Shown here piece by piece: positions 8,601-15,960 of a stretch of 20,395 nt of DNA. The stretch comes from Candidatus Krumholzibacteriia bacterium. GTDB lineage: Bacteria; Krumholzibacteriota; Krumholzibacteriia; LZORAL124-64-63. Made by a program: the position numbers and the translations under genes. The stretch's first letter is position 1; every line of letters begins with the position of its first letter. A model generated the notes under the pieces. The model ran no database searches and had not been told where the DNA came from. It worked only from the letters and a program-made list of their open reading frames with translations. The stretch is taken from assembly GCA_036351155.1 (NCBI GenBank), contig JAZBOO010000398.1, forward strand, positions 1 through 20,395, given 5' to 3'.

Positions 8601-10600
8601 TTGCGTTGCAATAGAATCTGACGGCGGCTGGCGGTCATGATGCTGTTCACGGGAAACAGGCCCGACCGCGCAAACCGCTCTGCCCAGGCATTGATCACCG
8701 TCTGCTTCAACCCGCCGGGCAGCTGCAGCGAGCCCACCACCCAGTCCACATCCATCAAGAACGGAGTGAAACGCAGCAGGGCTGCCACCTTGTCCTGCAG
8801 GTCGGCCAGGTTGTGGGAACGTTCCTTGTCGTAGCGCACGAACAGCCGGGTGCCTTCCACCCGCACCTCCAGCTCCATGGCCCGATAGAACTGACAAATG
8901 GCGTCCAGCTCGAGGTTGGGGTGGATGCCCGTCTCGTAGCTGCTGACCCCGTAGTACTCCAGGTCGAGCATGCCGCCGCGCTGGGGGGGCGAAAAGTCCA
9001 CGCGCAGGAAGGCCGGGTGATTGCGGAAGGTCACGTAGTAGTGAACCTCGTTGCCGAAGATGAACACATCCAGCCCGGGAAAGCTGGTGGTGCCGTGCAG
9101 CAGCTGCCAGCTCAGGCCATCGGCGGCCAGGCGCACGGGATAGGGCAACCAAGGGTGATCAAGGGGTTCGGGGGCGGGCTCCAGCTCCACGTAGCGCAAT
9201 GAGGGGCCGGCCACCGGTTCACCCATCGCCGGAATCAGCAGCAGATCCACCGTGCAGTTGGGAGCGTCACCGGTGCCCACCAGATCGAACCCCAGCTTCA
9301 GACCCTTCTGGTGCAGCAGGCGCTTCAGACCGTGAACGGTGCGCACCTCGCCCAGGTTGGCCGGATCTTCGAAGGCCATCACCAGCCGCACCAGGTCGGC
9401 CGACAGGTTCTCGTGCGGTTTCTGTTGCTTCAGCTTGCCGCGGGTGTCATCGCGCAGCTTTTGCCACACATCGGGCAGGATCTGGTACTCCTGGTGCGTG
9501 TCGGCAAACAGATGGGTGAACTCGGTCACCACCTGCTCCATCAGATCGAGAATGCGCACGATCTTGGGCCGGGTGCAGGGCGCCGTTTCCAGCATCTCGC
9601 TCAGCAGCTCGGCGTGGGTGATGTTGATGCGCCGAAACCGGTCCACCTTCTCGTCGGCCGCGGCCGGCCCGTTGCTGGCCCGCGCACTGCCCTTGGCCTG
9701 CACCAGGTGGCAGGTGGCCTTGAGGTCGGGGGCCGGGTCGGTGGCAAACAGCGCCGTCTCCTCGGGCCGCACGAACAGAGGAGCGGTCCCTTCCCATTCC
9801 AGCTGGGCCTGCTCCTCGATACGCAACCCCTGGTTGACCCGCGCCCATCCCAGGTGCGCCACCACTTGCCGAACCAGCTGAGCGCCGTGTTGCTGCCCGG
9901 CCAGCTCGAACTCGTCCAGGACGGTGTCGGCCATGGCGCCGCTTCCGGTCAAGCAGACCAGATCGGCGTGACGGGCCCGCGTGTAGTGCAGATAAGGGCC
10001 CAGGATGGTCCAGGCCCGCGTGCCCAGCACCTGCCGGCACAACGCCGGCGTGGGCAATTTCTCATCCAGGTCGAGCAGGCGGGCGGCCAGCTCGCGCAGG
10101 TCCGGGTCCGAAGTCCCGGCCAGCAGATGATGCAGTCCCTTGGTCCCGGGCTTTCCATGGTGCCGATCGATGGTGCGCTTCAGCTGGCGCAGCAGGTCGG
10201 GATCGTCGAAGGGGCCATCTTCTTGCCGGGAAAGCCGGGCCATGGTGGCCAGAAAGGTCGCATCGCACGGCAGATGGCCCTGGTGAACCTGGATCAGCGC
10301 CAGGTCGATGCCCCGGGCAGCCAGATCCGGATCCTCGGCCGTGGCCATGGTTTTCAGCAGAGGCCAGGGATTTTTCAGCAGGGGCAAAATGTGGGTGAGC
10401 AGATCGATCAGGTCGGGGTTGTCAGCCGCGTCGGTTTCTTGCAGCAGGGTGATCAGCTGCGCGGCGATTTTTTCCACTTGCCGGGCATTCGCCGGGGAGG
10501 CCAGGTCTTGGATCTGGGCACAGGCCTGGCGGATTTCGTCCTTGTCCGGCGTGATCAGATCAAGCTGTTCTGCCAGGACGGCGAACGCAATGGCCAGCAT
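5606..10600 (-). CDS. Large dikinase-like protein: uncharacterised N-terminal region, central phosphohistidine swivel domain, C-terminal PPDK/PEP-synthase-type ATP-grasp domain
   Basis: GIGAAPGRVTG...GIVSTGGAVLSHAALLAIQFGKPALV (His981, nt 7658-7660). C-terminal GWKGANLAEL, LRSSSCDED, AGVYDTFL, VVVQRMVDARVSGV, GLGEGIVSG and DLEFAI...LLQARPIT. Confidence 0.88.
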   Translation of the reverse strand: MLAIAFAVLAEQLDLITPDKDEIRQACAQIQDLASPANARQVEKIAAQLITLLQETDAADNPDLIDLLTHILPLLKNPWPLLKTMATAEDPDLAARGIDLALIQVHQGHLPCDATFLATMARLSRQEDGPFDDPDLLRQLKRTIDRHHGKPGTKGLHHLLAGTSDPDLRELAARLLDLDEKLPTPALCRQVLGTRAWTILGPYLHYTRARHADLVCLTGSGAMADTVLDEFELAGQQHGAQLVRQVVAHLGWARVNQGLRIEEQAQLEWEGTAPLFVRPEETALFATDPAPDLKATCHLVQAKGSARASNGPAAADEKVDRFRRINITHAELLSEMLETAPCTRPKIVRILDLMEQVVTEFTHLFADTHQEYQILPDVWQKLRDDTRGKLKQQKPHENLSADLVRLVMAFEDPANLGEVRTVHGLKRLLHQKGLKLGFDLVGTGDAPNCTVDLLLIPAMGEPVAGPSLRYVELEPAPEPLDHPWLPYPVRLAADGLSWQLLHGTTSFPGLDVFIFGNEVHYYVTFRNHPAFLRVDFSPPQRGGMLDLEYYGVSSYETGIHPNLELDAICQFYRAMELEVRVEGTRLFVRYDKERSHNLADLQDKVAALLRFTPFLMDVDWVVGSLQLPGGLKQTVINAWAERFARSGLFPVNSIMTASRRQILLQRKLGPEGEVEIPWSGQGHYCDIWQGETPPDLWDRFLEQGQRLGLPTPTTEARELAGPLPLRTVHRHILEPVRRRVRSGQIIVNKGKLEPCDPRLCQQEHETAFFARQLGGRSPAAHTILAEAVTMAPVVAHLEKFVPLQATGYVGALRIERGRLTLRGGEVRIYAARDEHGVIRLGVYTYEDRLLRTRSHPRAAWCTNAATDAERLWSLLRSANYVGDSPHIQEPDPRAAVKELRRLAHLPGPGPATGLATAANVLEGIGAAPGRVTGRALFGTGRHRPEDLVGSLLVAREIRPSDSRHLLQSAGIVSTGGAVLSHAALLAIQFGKPALVVEADWDESGHVPALVFRATLYRTEQQSIAGLQVCRRSVTSHTTGRLEEGDLCILDTKQQVLRILGQDPDTLVLWQGFQLLGRAQTQGQQTSDPQQILESRAQLLRARHQIKKALGRITSDTVADLAVEEIVLGQGPLQLGTALRAEFLGEILANLAVRERVVPRLQELVKQLDESCRGARDREQHLTPGAGFLFEILGWRLRSRQLADSLEMIRDLEGRAGLPDDMGLPARVLPDDGPAWKRITALARDLTRGLGRPDHLDSHRLRRLARLHQVKPATPQEARKVAAAAEQLDAAQQATLTKLRRKNILVPGECGLETHPLLGWKGANLAELDRLSGPEATPPWFALSDTAFRLMLRQPLAADQAVSRHLPPGRYTLAQAIDAVLALPGADCGAKSHLIEKLWDTALIPDRLADDIARAHQRLTRDAETAAFLALRSSSCDEDSESSMQAGVYDTFLYVQGLASTLAHLRLTWAGMWTERALFARALAGDIARQPVGGVVVQRMVDARVSGVMQTVNVAGGDLNELVISVGLGLGEGIVSGLVAADMVTVVKDQGPDRDPVHFNYLTNDKPQQMVFDKRRGQGTRLVDTLYHQRLRPAIEYTELCEMTRKALALEAVYGYPLDLEFAIEGDRFWLLQARPITAILAEHALTCEKYPLQKPAGGRQAKGD

Positions 10601-10665
10601 CGAGTTGTCTTTTTTGAGCGCCAGGGCGGCACCTCGGTGAAAAGCGGAGATGTGTTCTTGTCAAA

Positions 10666-10693
10666 ACTTTAACACGCAACCCCGCAAGATCAA
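10666..10693 (-). promoter_or_regulatory. Putative sigma70-type promoter of the dikinase/maeB-like operon
   Basis: The minus strand reads TTGATC-16 nt-TAAAGT with an extended -10 TG, in an AT-rich intergenic region. Confidence 0.4.
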
Positions 10694-10760
10694 ACAAAAC
10701 CTCGGGCTCCCACCTCGGAAAATTAAAGGGGAGATTCTCCCGTGTGCCCAAACAACTCCC

Positions 10761-10784
10761 GGAACGATGTCTTGTTTTTGAGTT
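10761..10784 (+). promoter_or_regulatory. Possible ECF-type promoter upstream of the ECF sigma gene
   Basis: GGAAC-N16-GTT resembles the common ECF promoter pattern, but a motif this short could be chance. Confidence 0.3.
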
Positions 10785-10954
10785 TGCCCCTGGAGTTCAT
10801 CATGAAAATCATGCTTCTGCTGAAGTGATATGACATGGCCCAACAAAAACCACAGACGCGCCTGGACCCGCAACGGTCGAGGGGCCTATACTGGAGAAAA
10901 ACCGTCGCTTACGACATTGAGCGGCCGCACGTTTCCCTTCCCGGTAAAGGCCAC

Positions 10955-11464
10955 ATGGACCACGGCAAACCCATACCCGAACCTCTGGACGCCACCGGGC
11001 TTATCCAGTTGCGGCAGCGATTCAGCGAGATCGCCGCACGCCGTGTGCCCGAAAGTGCGGTGGACGATGTGGTGCAGGACGCCCTGGGGATTGTCCTGGC
11101 CAAGGGGGGCACACAGCCGGATTTACGCTGGAGCTTTGCCGTGCTGCGCAACGTGATTGGCAACTTTTACCAGAAGCGTCGGCACCATGACAGCCTGGAG
11201 GCGGTGGAGGTGGCAGACGATCGTCCCGATGCCCTGGCCGCCCTGACCACAGACGAGCGGCATCGCACCATCCGCACGGCGGTGGACGAGCTGCGACTGG
11301 AGCGGCCCGATTGCGCCGCCTGGCTGTGGTCGCTGGCCCAGGGGACCAAGGCGGGAGAACTGGCCGCGCGCGCCCAGCTGGACCGGGACCCTTTTTACCG
11401 GAAAATCTATCGCTGCCGGCAACAGCTGGCGGCCATACTCCACCGCATGGGGGTGACCGCGTGA
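10955..11464 (+). CDS. ECF-family RNA polymerase sigma factor
   Basis: Sigma2 motif VDDVVQDAL...WSFAVLRNVIGNFYQKRR and sigma4 HTH GTKAGELAARAQLDRDPFYRKIYRCRQQL. ATG 10955 (AAAGG upstream, 169 aa) is preferred over 10835. Confidence 0.85.
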   Translation: MDHGKPIPEPLDATGLIQLRQRFSEIAARRVPESAVDDVVQDALGIVLAKGGTQPDLRWSFAVLRNVIGNFYQKRRHHDSLEAVEVADDRPDALAALTTDERHRTIRTAVDELRLERPDCAAWLWSLAQGTKAGELAARAQLDRDPFYRKIYRCRQQLAAILHRMGVTA

Positions 11465-12054
11465 ACAATCCGAACGAGCCCAGGCTGGCCGGATGGCTGG
11501 CCCAGGAAAGGCCGGTCGATCCCGCGCTGGATCAGGAAATCCTGGCCGATCCCGACCTGGCCGAGGAGGCCTACGCGGCACTGGCGCTGGATGCGGAGCT
11601 GAAAGATGTGGCGATGGAGGCGGCTCCGGCGGCCCGACGTCCCCGCTGGGTCTGGCCCACTGGGCTGGTGGCGGCGGTCCTGGCGCTGGCTGTCATCTTG
11701 CCGCAGTTCCAGAACCGGGAGGACACGCTGCCCTTGCGGTTGCGCAGCGGGGGAGACATCGACGGGGCGGTGGGGATCGCTCCGGTGGGTGAGCTGGACC
11801 AGTTCCCGCGCACCTTCACCTGGCACCCGGCCAGTGGGGCGGACGGCGCCCGCTACCGCTGGGAGCTTTACGACAGCGACGCGCGCCGCCGTGGGGTGGC
11901 GGTGGTGGCGGACACGGTGCTGACGCGCCCGCCCCTGGAAACCCCGCCCGACAGTCTGGGCACCTGGCGCTGGTTCGTGGTGAAGCTGCTGCCCGACGGT
12001 CGAGAAGGCGCCACGGGCAAGGCCGTGACCTTCCAGGTGAAGGCAGGGCCATGA
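11461..12054 (+). CDS. Putative single-pass membrane anti-sigma factor
   Basis: GTGA overlap with the sigma gene stop. About 60 aa of helical N-terminus, then RRPR plus TM helix WVWPTGLVAAVLALAVIL, then a beta-rich extracytoplasmic domain (FTWHP, YRWELYD, WRWFV). Confidence 0.75.
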   Translation: MNNPNEPRLAGWLAQERPVDPALDQEILADPDLAEEAYAALALDAELKDVAMEAAPAARRPRWVWPTGLVAAVLALAVILPQFQNREDTLPLRLRSGGDIDGAVGIAPVGELDQFPRTFTWHPASGADGARYRWELYDSDARRRGVAVVADTVLTRPPLETPPDSLGTWRWFVVKLLPDGREGATGKAVTFQVKAGP

Positions 12055-14417
12055 AGCGCGTTTTGATGATGGCCGGCCTCCTGTTGATCGCGGTCCCGGT
12101 GTCCGCCGAGCCCGAGAACGCGGTGGCGAGCCGGGCCCGTCAAATCATGGACGACGGTGCCCTGGAACTGCCGATCCAGGGCCAGCTGCTGGCCCAGTAT
12201 GCGGACAGTCTGCGTCATCTCGATGTGGTGCTGGCTGCGAAGTGCCTGGAGCGGGGGGGCATTGCTGCCTTCCGTGCCAACCAGCTGGACTCGGCGCTGG
12301 CTCGGTGGCAGCGCGGCGTCTCCTGGGCCAGGCAAGCCGGGGAAAACCAGGCCGAATCATCCCTGCTGAATGCGCTGGCCATCGGCCACACCGCCCGTGG
12401 TGACGTGGAAACCGCGCTGCCGGTGTACGACCGGGCCCTTGAACTGCGCGAGGCCTTGGCCGACACGGCGGGGCTGGCCCGCACCTGGGGCAACCTGGCC
12501 CAGGCCTATGCCAACATGAGGCGCACATCCGAAGCTCTGGCCGCTACCGTGGAGGCGGAAAAGTGGCTGGCCCTGGCTGACAACACCACCGGCCGCATCG
12601 CCAACAGCCTGCGCAAAGGGCAAATGTTGCGGGCCATGGGGCGGCTGGACGAGGCGCTGTTTCAGAACCGGGAAACGGTGGACCTGGCCGGGCGAAAGGG
12701 CGATCAGAACGCCCAGGGTCTGGCCGCGCTGGAGCTGGGTGAGGTGTTGCTGGATCTGGAGCGCCCCCGGGAAGCCCTGCCCCGACTGGAAGAGGCCCTG
12801 GACCTGTTTCAGGCCAGCCGTGACGATTTTCAGGCCATGTTTGCCGAGCAATCCATCATTGCGAGCTTGTTGATGTCCGATCAAGCCGACCAGGCTCTGG
12901 CGCGGGTGCGCCAGGTCATTCCGGTGGCCGAGGAGGCCGGGCAAGTTCCCCTGCTGACGGTGCTGCGCCGGATGGAAGGACAGGCCTTGTTCCATTTGGG
13001 GCAAATCGCCTCGGCGGAGGTGGCCCTGGAGCAGTCGCGTACGCTTTTCGAAAAGCGCTGGCAAGATCTGGAAGACGGGCGCAGCAGGGCGGGGATTTTC
13101 ACCGCCAGCGGCGATGTCTATGCGGCGCTGGCCCGGCTGCAGCTTTCCACCGGAAGGGTGGAGGAAGCGTTCTTGACGGTGGAGAGGGGACGGGCGCCGG
13201 GGTTCCTGGCACGGGTGGGCGGCCGGCTGGCTTCCGTGGAGCAGCTCCAGGCCGAGCTGCGGCGCACCGCGTCGGCCCTGATCCTGTTCAACGATCCCGG
13301 CTGGGACCCCCTGGTGGCCTTCGTGCTGGATGGTCGCCAGTTGCGTTATGTGGAACTGGGGAACCCGGGGCCCATGGCCAGCGATGCGCGAGCCGCCCTG
13401 GGACTGCTGGCGGCGGGGGAAAGCCTGGAAACCTGTGGCCCGGCCCTGGAACGGCTGGAAACCCGCCTGGCCCGGCCCTTGATGCTGCTGCTGGATGATC
13501 AGGTGAAGCGGCTGGCCGTGGTGCCGCCCTCGTTCCTGTCCGGGTTTCCACTGGGCCTCCTGAGTGGTCAGGACACGCGGCCCTGGTCCTATTTGCCCAG
13601 CGCCTCGGCCCTGCTCTTCCTGGGGGAGCGCGCGGCCCCGACCGGTGGAGTGCTGGCTCTGGCCGATCCGGAATCACCGGCATCTTCTGCATCTCCGGAT
13701 CCCTTGACCGGCCGCCTGCCGGTTTCCACCGCACGGGCTCAGGCTGGTGTGCCCTTGCCCCAGGCGCGGGCCGAGATCGACGCTGTGGCGGAGCGCCCGG
13801 CCGATCAGCGGGTGGGAAGTCAGGCCACCGGCGCGGCCTTGAGGATTGCGCTCCAGGGCCCACTGGCCGTCCTGCATCTGGCCACCCATGCGGTGGTCGA
13901 TCCTGTCGATGGCGGGCGTTCGGCCGTGGTGCTGGCCGGAGCCGAGGGTGTGGACGCGGTGACGGCCCAGGAAATAGCCGCCTTCGACTTTGCGGGCGAC
14001 CTGGTGGTACTCAGCGGCTGCAGCACCTTCGGGCAACACCGGGTGCTGGGCGAAGGCTGGTTCGGGTTGCCCCGTTCGTTTCTGGCGGCGGGGGCGCGGT
14101 CGGTGGTCTCCACTCTGTGGGATGTGGACGACACCGGCGCCCGCATTTTCGTGACTGCTTTCTACGCGGCATTGCGGGCCGGCAGCCCTCGAGATGAGGC
14201 GTTGCTGAGGGCCCGGCAGGTGTGCCGCGATGAGGGTCTGCCGCCACGAGACTGGGCGGCGTTCGTGCTCTCGGGCGTGGGGGCCGATCGGGTGGAAAGT
14301 CTGGCCACGGCGCCCATCTCACCCAACTTCAGACCGCCTGGCCTGTTGCTGCTGGTCCTGAGCCTGGTGCTGGCCGTGATTCTGCTGGTGGCTTTTGGAT
14401 TGCCGCGCCGGCGATAG
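12051..14417 (+). CDS. TPR-repeat CHAT-domain (caspase-like) protease with signal peptide and C-terminal membrane anchor
   Basis: ATGA overlap. Signal peptide MKRVLMMAGLLLIAVPVSA; TPR-like repeats; CHAT motifs LHLATHA (His613), LVVLSGCST (Cys657), SFLAAGARSVVSTLWDVDD and WAAFVLSG; terminal hydrophobic helix followed by RRR. Confidence 0.92.
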   Translation: MKRVLMMAGLLLIAVPVSAEPENAVASRARQIMDDGALELPIQGQLLAQYADSLRHLDVVLAAKCLERGGIAAFRANQLDSALARWQRGVSWARQAGENQAESSLLNALAIGHTARGDVETALPVYDRALELREALADTAGLARTWGNLAQAYANMRRTSEALAATVEAEKWLALADNTTGRIANSLRKGQMLRAMGRLDEALFQNRETVDLAGRKGDQNAQGLAALELGEVLLDLERPREALPRLEEALDLFQASRDDFQAMFAEQSIIASLLMSDQADQALARVRQVIPVAEEAGQVPLLTVLRRMEGQALFHLGQIASAEVALEQSRTLFEKRWQDLEDGRSRAGIFTASGDVYAALARLQLSTGRVEEAFLTVERGRAPGFLARVGGRLASVEQLQAELRRTASALILFNDPGWDPLVAFVLDGRQLRYVELGNPGPMASDARAALGLLAAGESLETCGPALERLETRLARPLMLLLDDQVKRLAVVPPSFLSGFPLGLLSGQDTRPWSYLPSASALLFLGERAAPTGGVLALADPESPASSASPDPLTGRLPVSTARAQAGVPLPQARAEIDAVAERPADQRVGSQATGAALRIALQGPLAVLHLATHAVVDPVDGGRSAVVLAGAEGVDAVTAQEIAAFDFAGDLVVLSGCSTFGQHRVLGEGWFGLPRSFLAAGARSVVSTLWDVDDTGARIFVTAFYAALRAGSPRDEALLRARQVCRDEGLPPRDWAAFVLSGVGADRVESLATAPISPNFRPPGLLLLVLSLVLAVILLVAFGLPRRR

Positions 14418-14440
14418 GTTTTTCCAACCAGTTGGAAAAC
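14418..14440. repeat. Palindromic repeat copy 3, GTTTTTCCAACCAGTTGGAAAAC
   Basis: Read directly. Has one central T>C change and fills the whole gap between two convergent stop codons. Confidence 0.9.
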
Positions 14441-15300
14441 TAAACCGCCCGTTGCTTCTTCAATGCCCCGGCCATGAACTCCACCGCCAGCTCCACCGTT
14501 TCGGGACGCCGCACCAGTCGGTGATGGCCGTGGCCGTGGGTGACGATCAACCGAGAGCCAGGCCAGTGCCGCACCAGCTGGTGGCCCTCGCTCAGGTCCA
14601 CCTCCTTGTCGGTGTCGTCGTGCACCACCAGCAGGTTGGCCGTCATCTGGGGGCCGTAGACCGGGGCGCGCATCTGATCGAAGGGTATGCCGTACAGCTT
14701 TTCGAGATGCTTCTGGGCGTGGGTGGCGATGCCCGGGCGAAATCCCAGGTACGCGCCGGCCTGCTGCAGATACAGGGGCAGGTTTTCCGGGGGCGCCAGG
14801 TACAGGGCGCGTTCGATAAGCAGGCCCTCGAACATGGCCATGGTGACCCCGGCCGTGCCCAGCGAATGGGAAATCACGCCGTGCACCGGCCCGGTCTGCT
14901 CGGATACCAGCCGCACCGCCCGCGCAAACATGGGCAACGCCGCCAGCTTGCCGCCGGCCTGGCCATGGGCGGGAAGATCAAAGGTTACCACCCTGAAGCC
15001 CGCCTTCACCAGCGGCTCGGCCATGACCGCCAGCTGCGCGCCGCGCCCCGACCAGCCGTGCACCAGCATCACGGTAGGACCCGTGCCCCAGGACCAGACG
15101 GGCAGAGAAATTTTCTCATCGTAGGTGACCAGGGAAAAGGTGGACCCTTCCAGCCACTCCAGCTCGCGCGGGGGAATGGGGCGCTTCTGGGGGGTGCAGA
15201 ACAGAGTGGCCAGCCAGCGTCCGGCCAGGGGGGGCGCCAGCACCGAGGCCATGGGCGCCAGGGTTTGAATTGTACGAACGATCGTGCTTTTACTTGCCAT
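14440..15300 (-). CDS. Alpha/beta fold hydrolase
   Basis: LVHGWSG, FDLPAHG, nucleophile elbow ISHSLG, acid motif VHDDTDKEV and His motif GHGHHR. Confidence 0.92.
   Translation of the reverse strand: MASKSTIVRTIQTLAPMASVLAPPLAGRWLATLFCTPQKRPIPPRELEWLEGSTFSLVTYDEKISLPVWSWGTGPTVMLVHGWSGRGAQLAVMAEPLVKAGFRVVTFDLPAHGQAGGKLAALPMFARAVRLVSEQTGPVHGVISHSLGTAGVTMAMFEGLLIERALYLAPPENLPLYLQQAGAYLGFRPGIATHAQKHLEKLYGIPFDQMRAPVYGPQMTANLLVVHDDTDKEVDLSEGHQLVRHWPGSRLIVTHGHGHHRLVRRPETVELAVEFMAGALKKQRAV
15275..15291. promoter_or_regulatory. Putative TetR operator inside the first codons of the hydrolase gene
   Basis: CGAACGATCGTGCTTTT matches the upstream site AGAACGACCGTTCTTTT at 14 of 17 positions. Confidence 0.6.
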
Positions 15301-15330
15301 GAGCTGTCCTGAGTTTCCTGGTTTCGTGTG

Positions 15331-15924
15331 TCATGTGGTGGTCTGGGCCCGGGCGATGAGCCCCTGGAAGGCCTGGCGGGTGCGGAGTTCCGCATCGTCG
15401 CGTTGCAGCAGACGGAAATAGTTGTGGTGTCCCAGAATGATGCCCCAGTACTCGAAGGCGTACTGCTCGGGGTCGAGGTCGGGACGGAAATGGCCCTCGT
15501 CCATGCTGAACCGGGCGGCTCGGGCCACCATGGCCAGCATGTTGCCGATGTGCCTGGCCAGGGCATCGCGCACGGGACCGGGCTGATCGTCGAATTCGCT
15601 GGCCGCCGCGATGAACGGGCAGCCGCCGGGCAACTTGACCGCACCCCATTCCAGCCAGTTGTGGAACATGGCCTCGATGCGGGGCAACCCCCGGGATTGC
15701 CTGAAGGCCGGCACCAGGATGCTGTGGGTGAACTGATCGGCCGCGGCTTCCAGCACGGCACACTGCAGGTTTTCCTTGGACTGGAAGTGGGCGTACAGGC
15801 CGCTCTTGGACAGGCCCGCCCTGCGGGCCAGCTGGCCGATGGTCAGCCCCTGCAGACCCACCTCGCTGCACAGGTCGATGGCCTGGTCGAGAATGGCGTT
15901 GCGGGTTTCGTGGCCCTTGGTCAT
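15331..15924 (-). CDS. TetR/AcrR family transcriptional regulator
   Basis: HTH GLQGLTIGQLARRAGLSKSGLYAHFQSKENL and C-terminal GGCPFIAAASEFDDQPGPVRD. Confidence 0.95.
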   Translation of the reverse strand: MTKGHETRNAILDQAIDLCSEVGLQGLTIGQLARRAGLSKSGLYAHFQSKENLQCAVLEAAADQFTHSILVPAFRQSRGLPRIEAMFHNWLEWGAVKLPGGCPFIAAASEFDDQPGPVRDALARHIGNMLAMVARAARFSMDEGHFRPDLDPEQYAFEYWGIILGHHNYFRLLQRDDAELRTRQAFQGLIARAQTTT

Positions 15925-15960
15925 GGCGTGTCCCGGGGTCAGGGTGAATGTGCTGCTCGA

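Noticed and set aside
10688..10704. GATCAAACAAAA shared in inverted orientation with 19364-19375
   Set aside because: Only 12 bp, low complexity and two copies, so plausibly chance.
10835..10954. Longer N-terminus for the ECF sigma factor, and likewise the 11311 start for the anti-sigma
   Set aside because: The extensions look non-conserved. ATG 10955 has an SD-like sequence and gives a typical ECF length, and GTG 11461 gives a standard 4-nt overlap.
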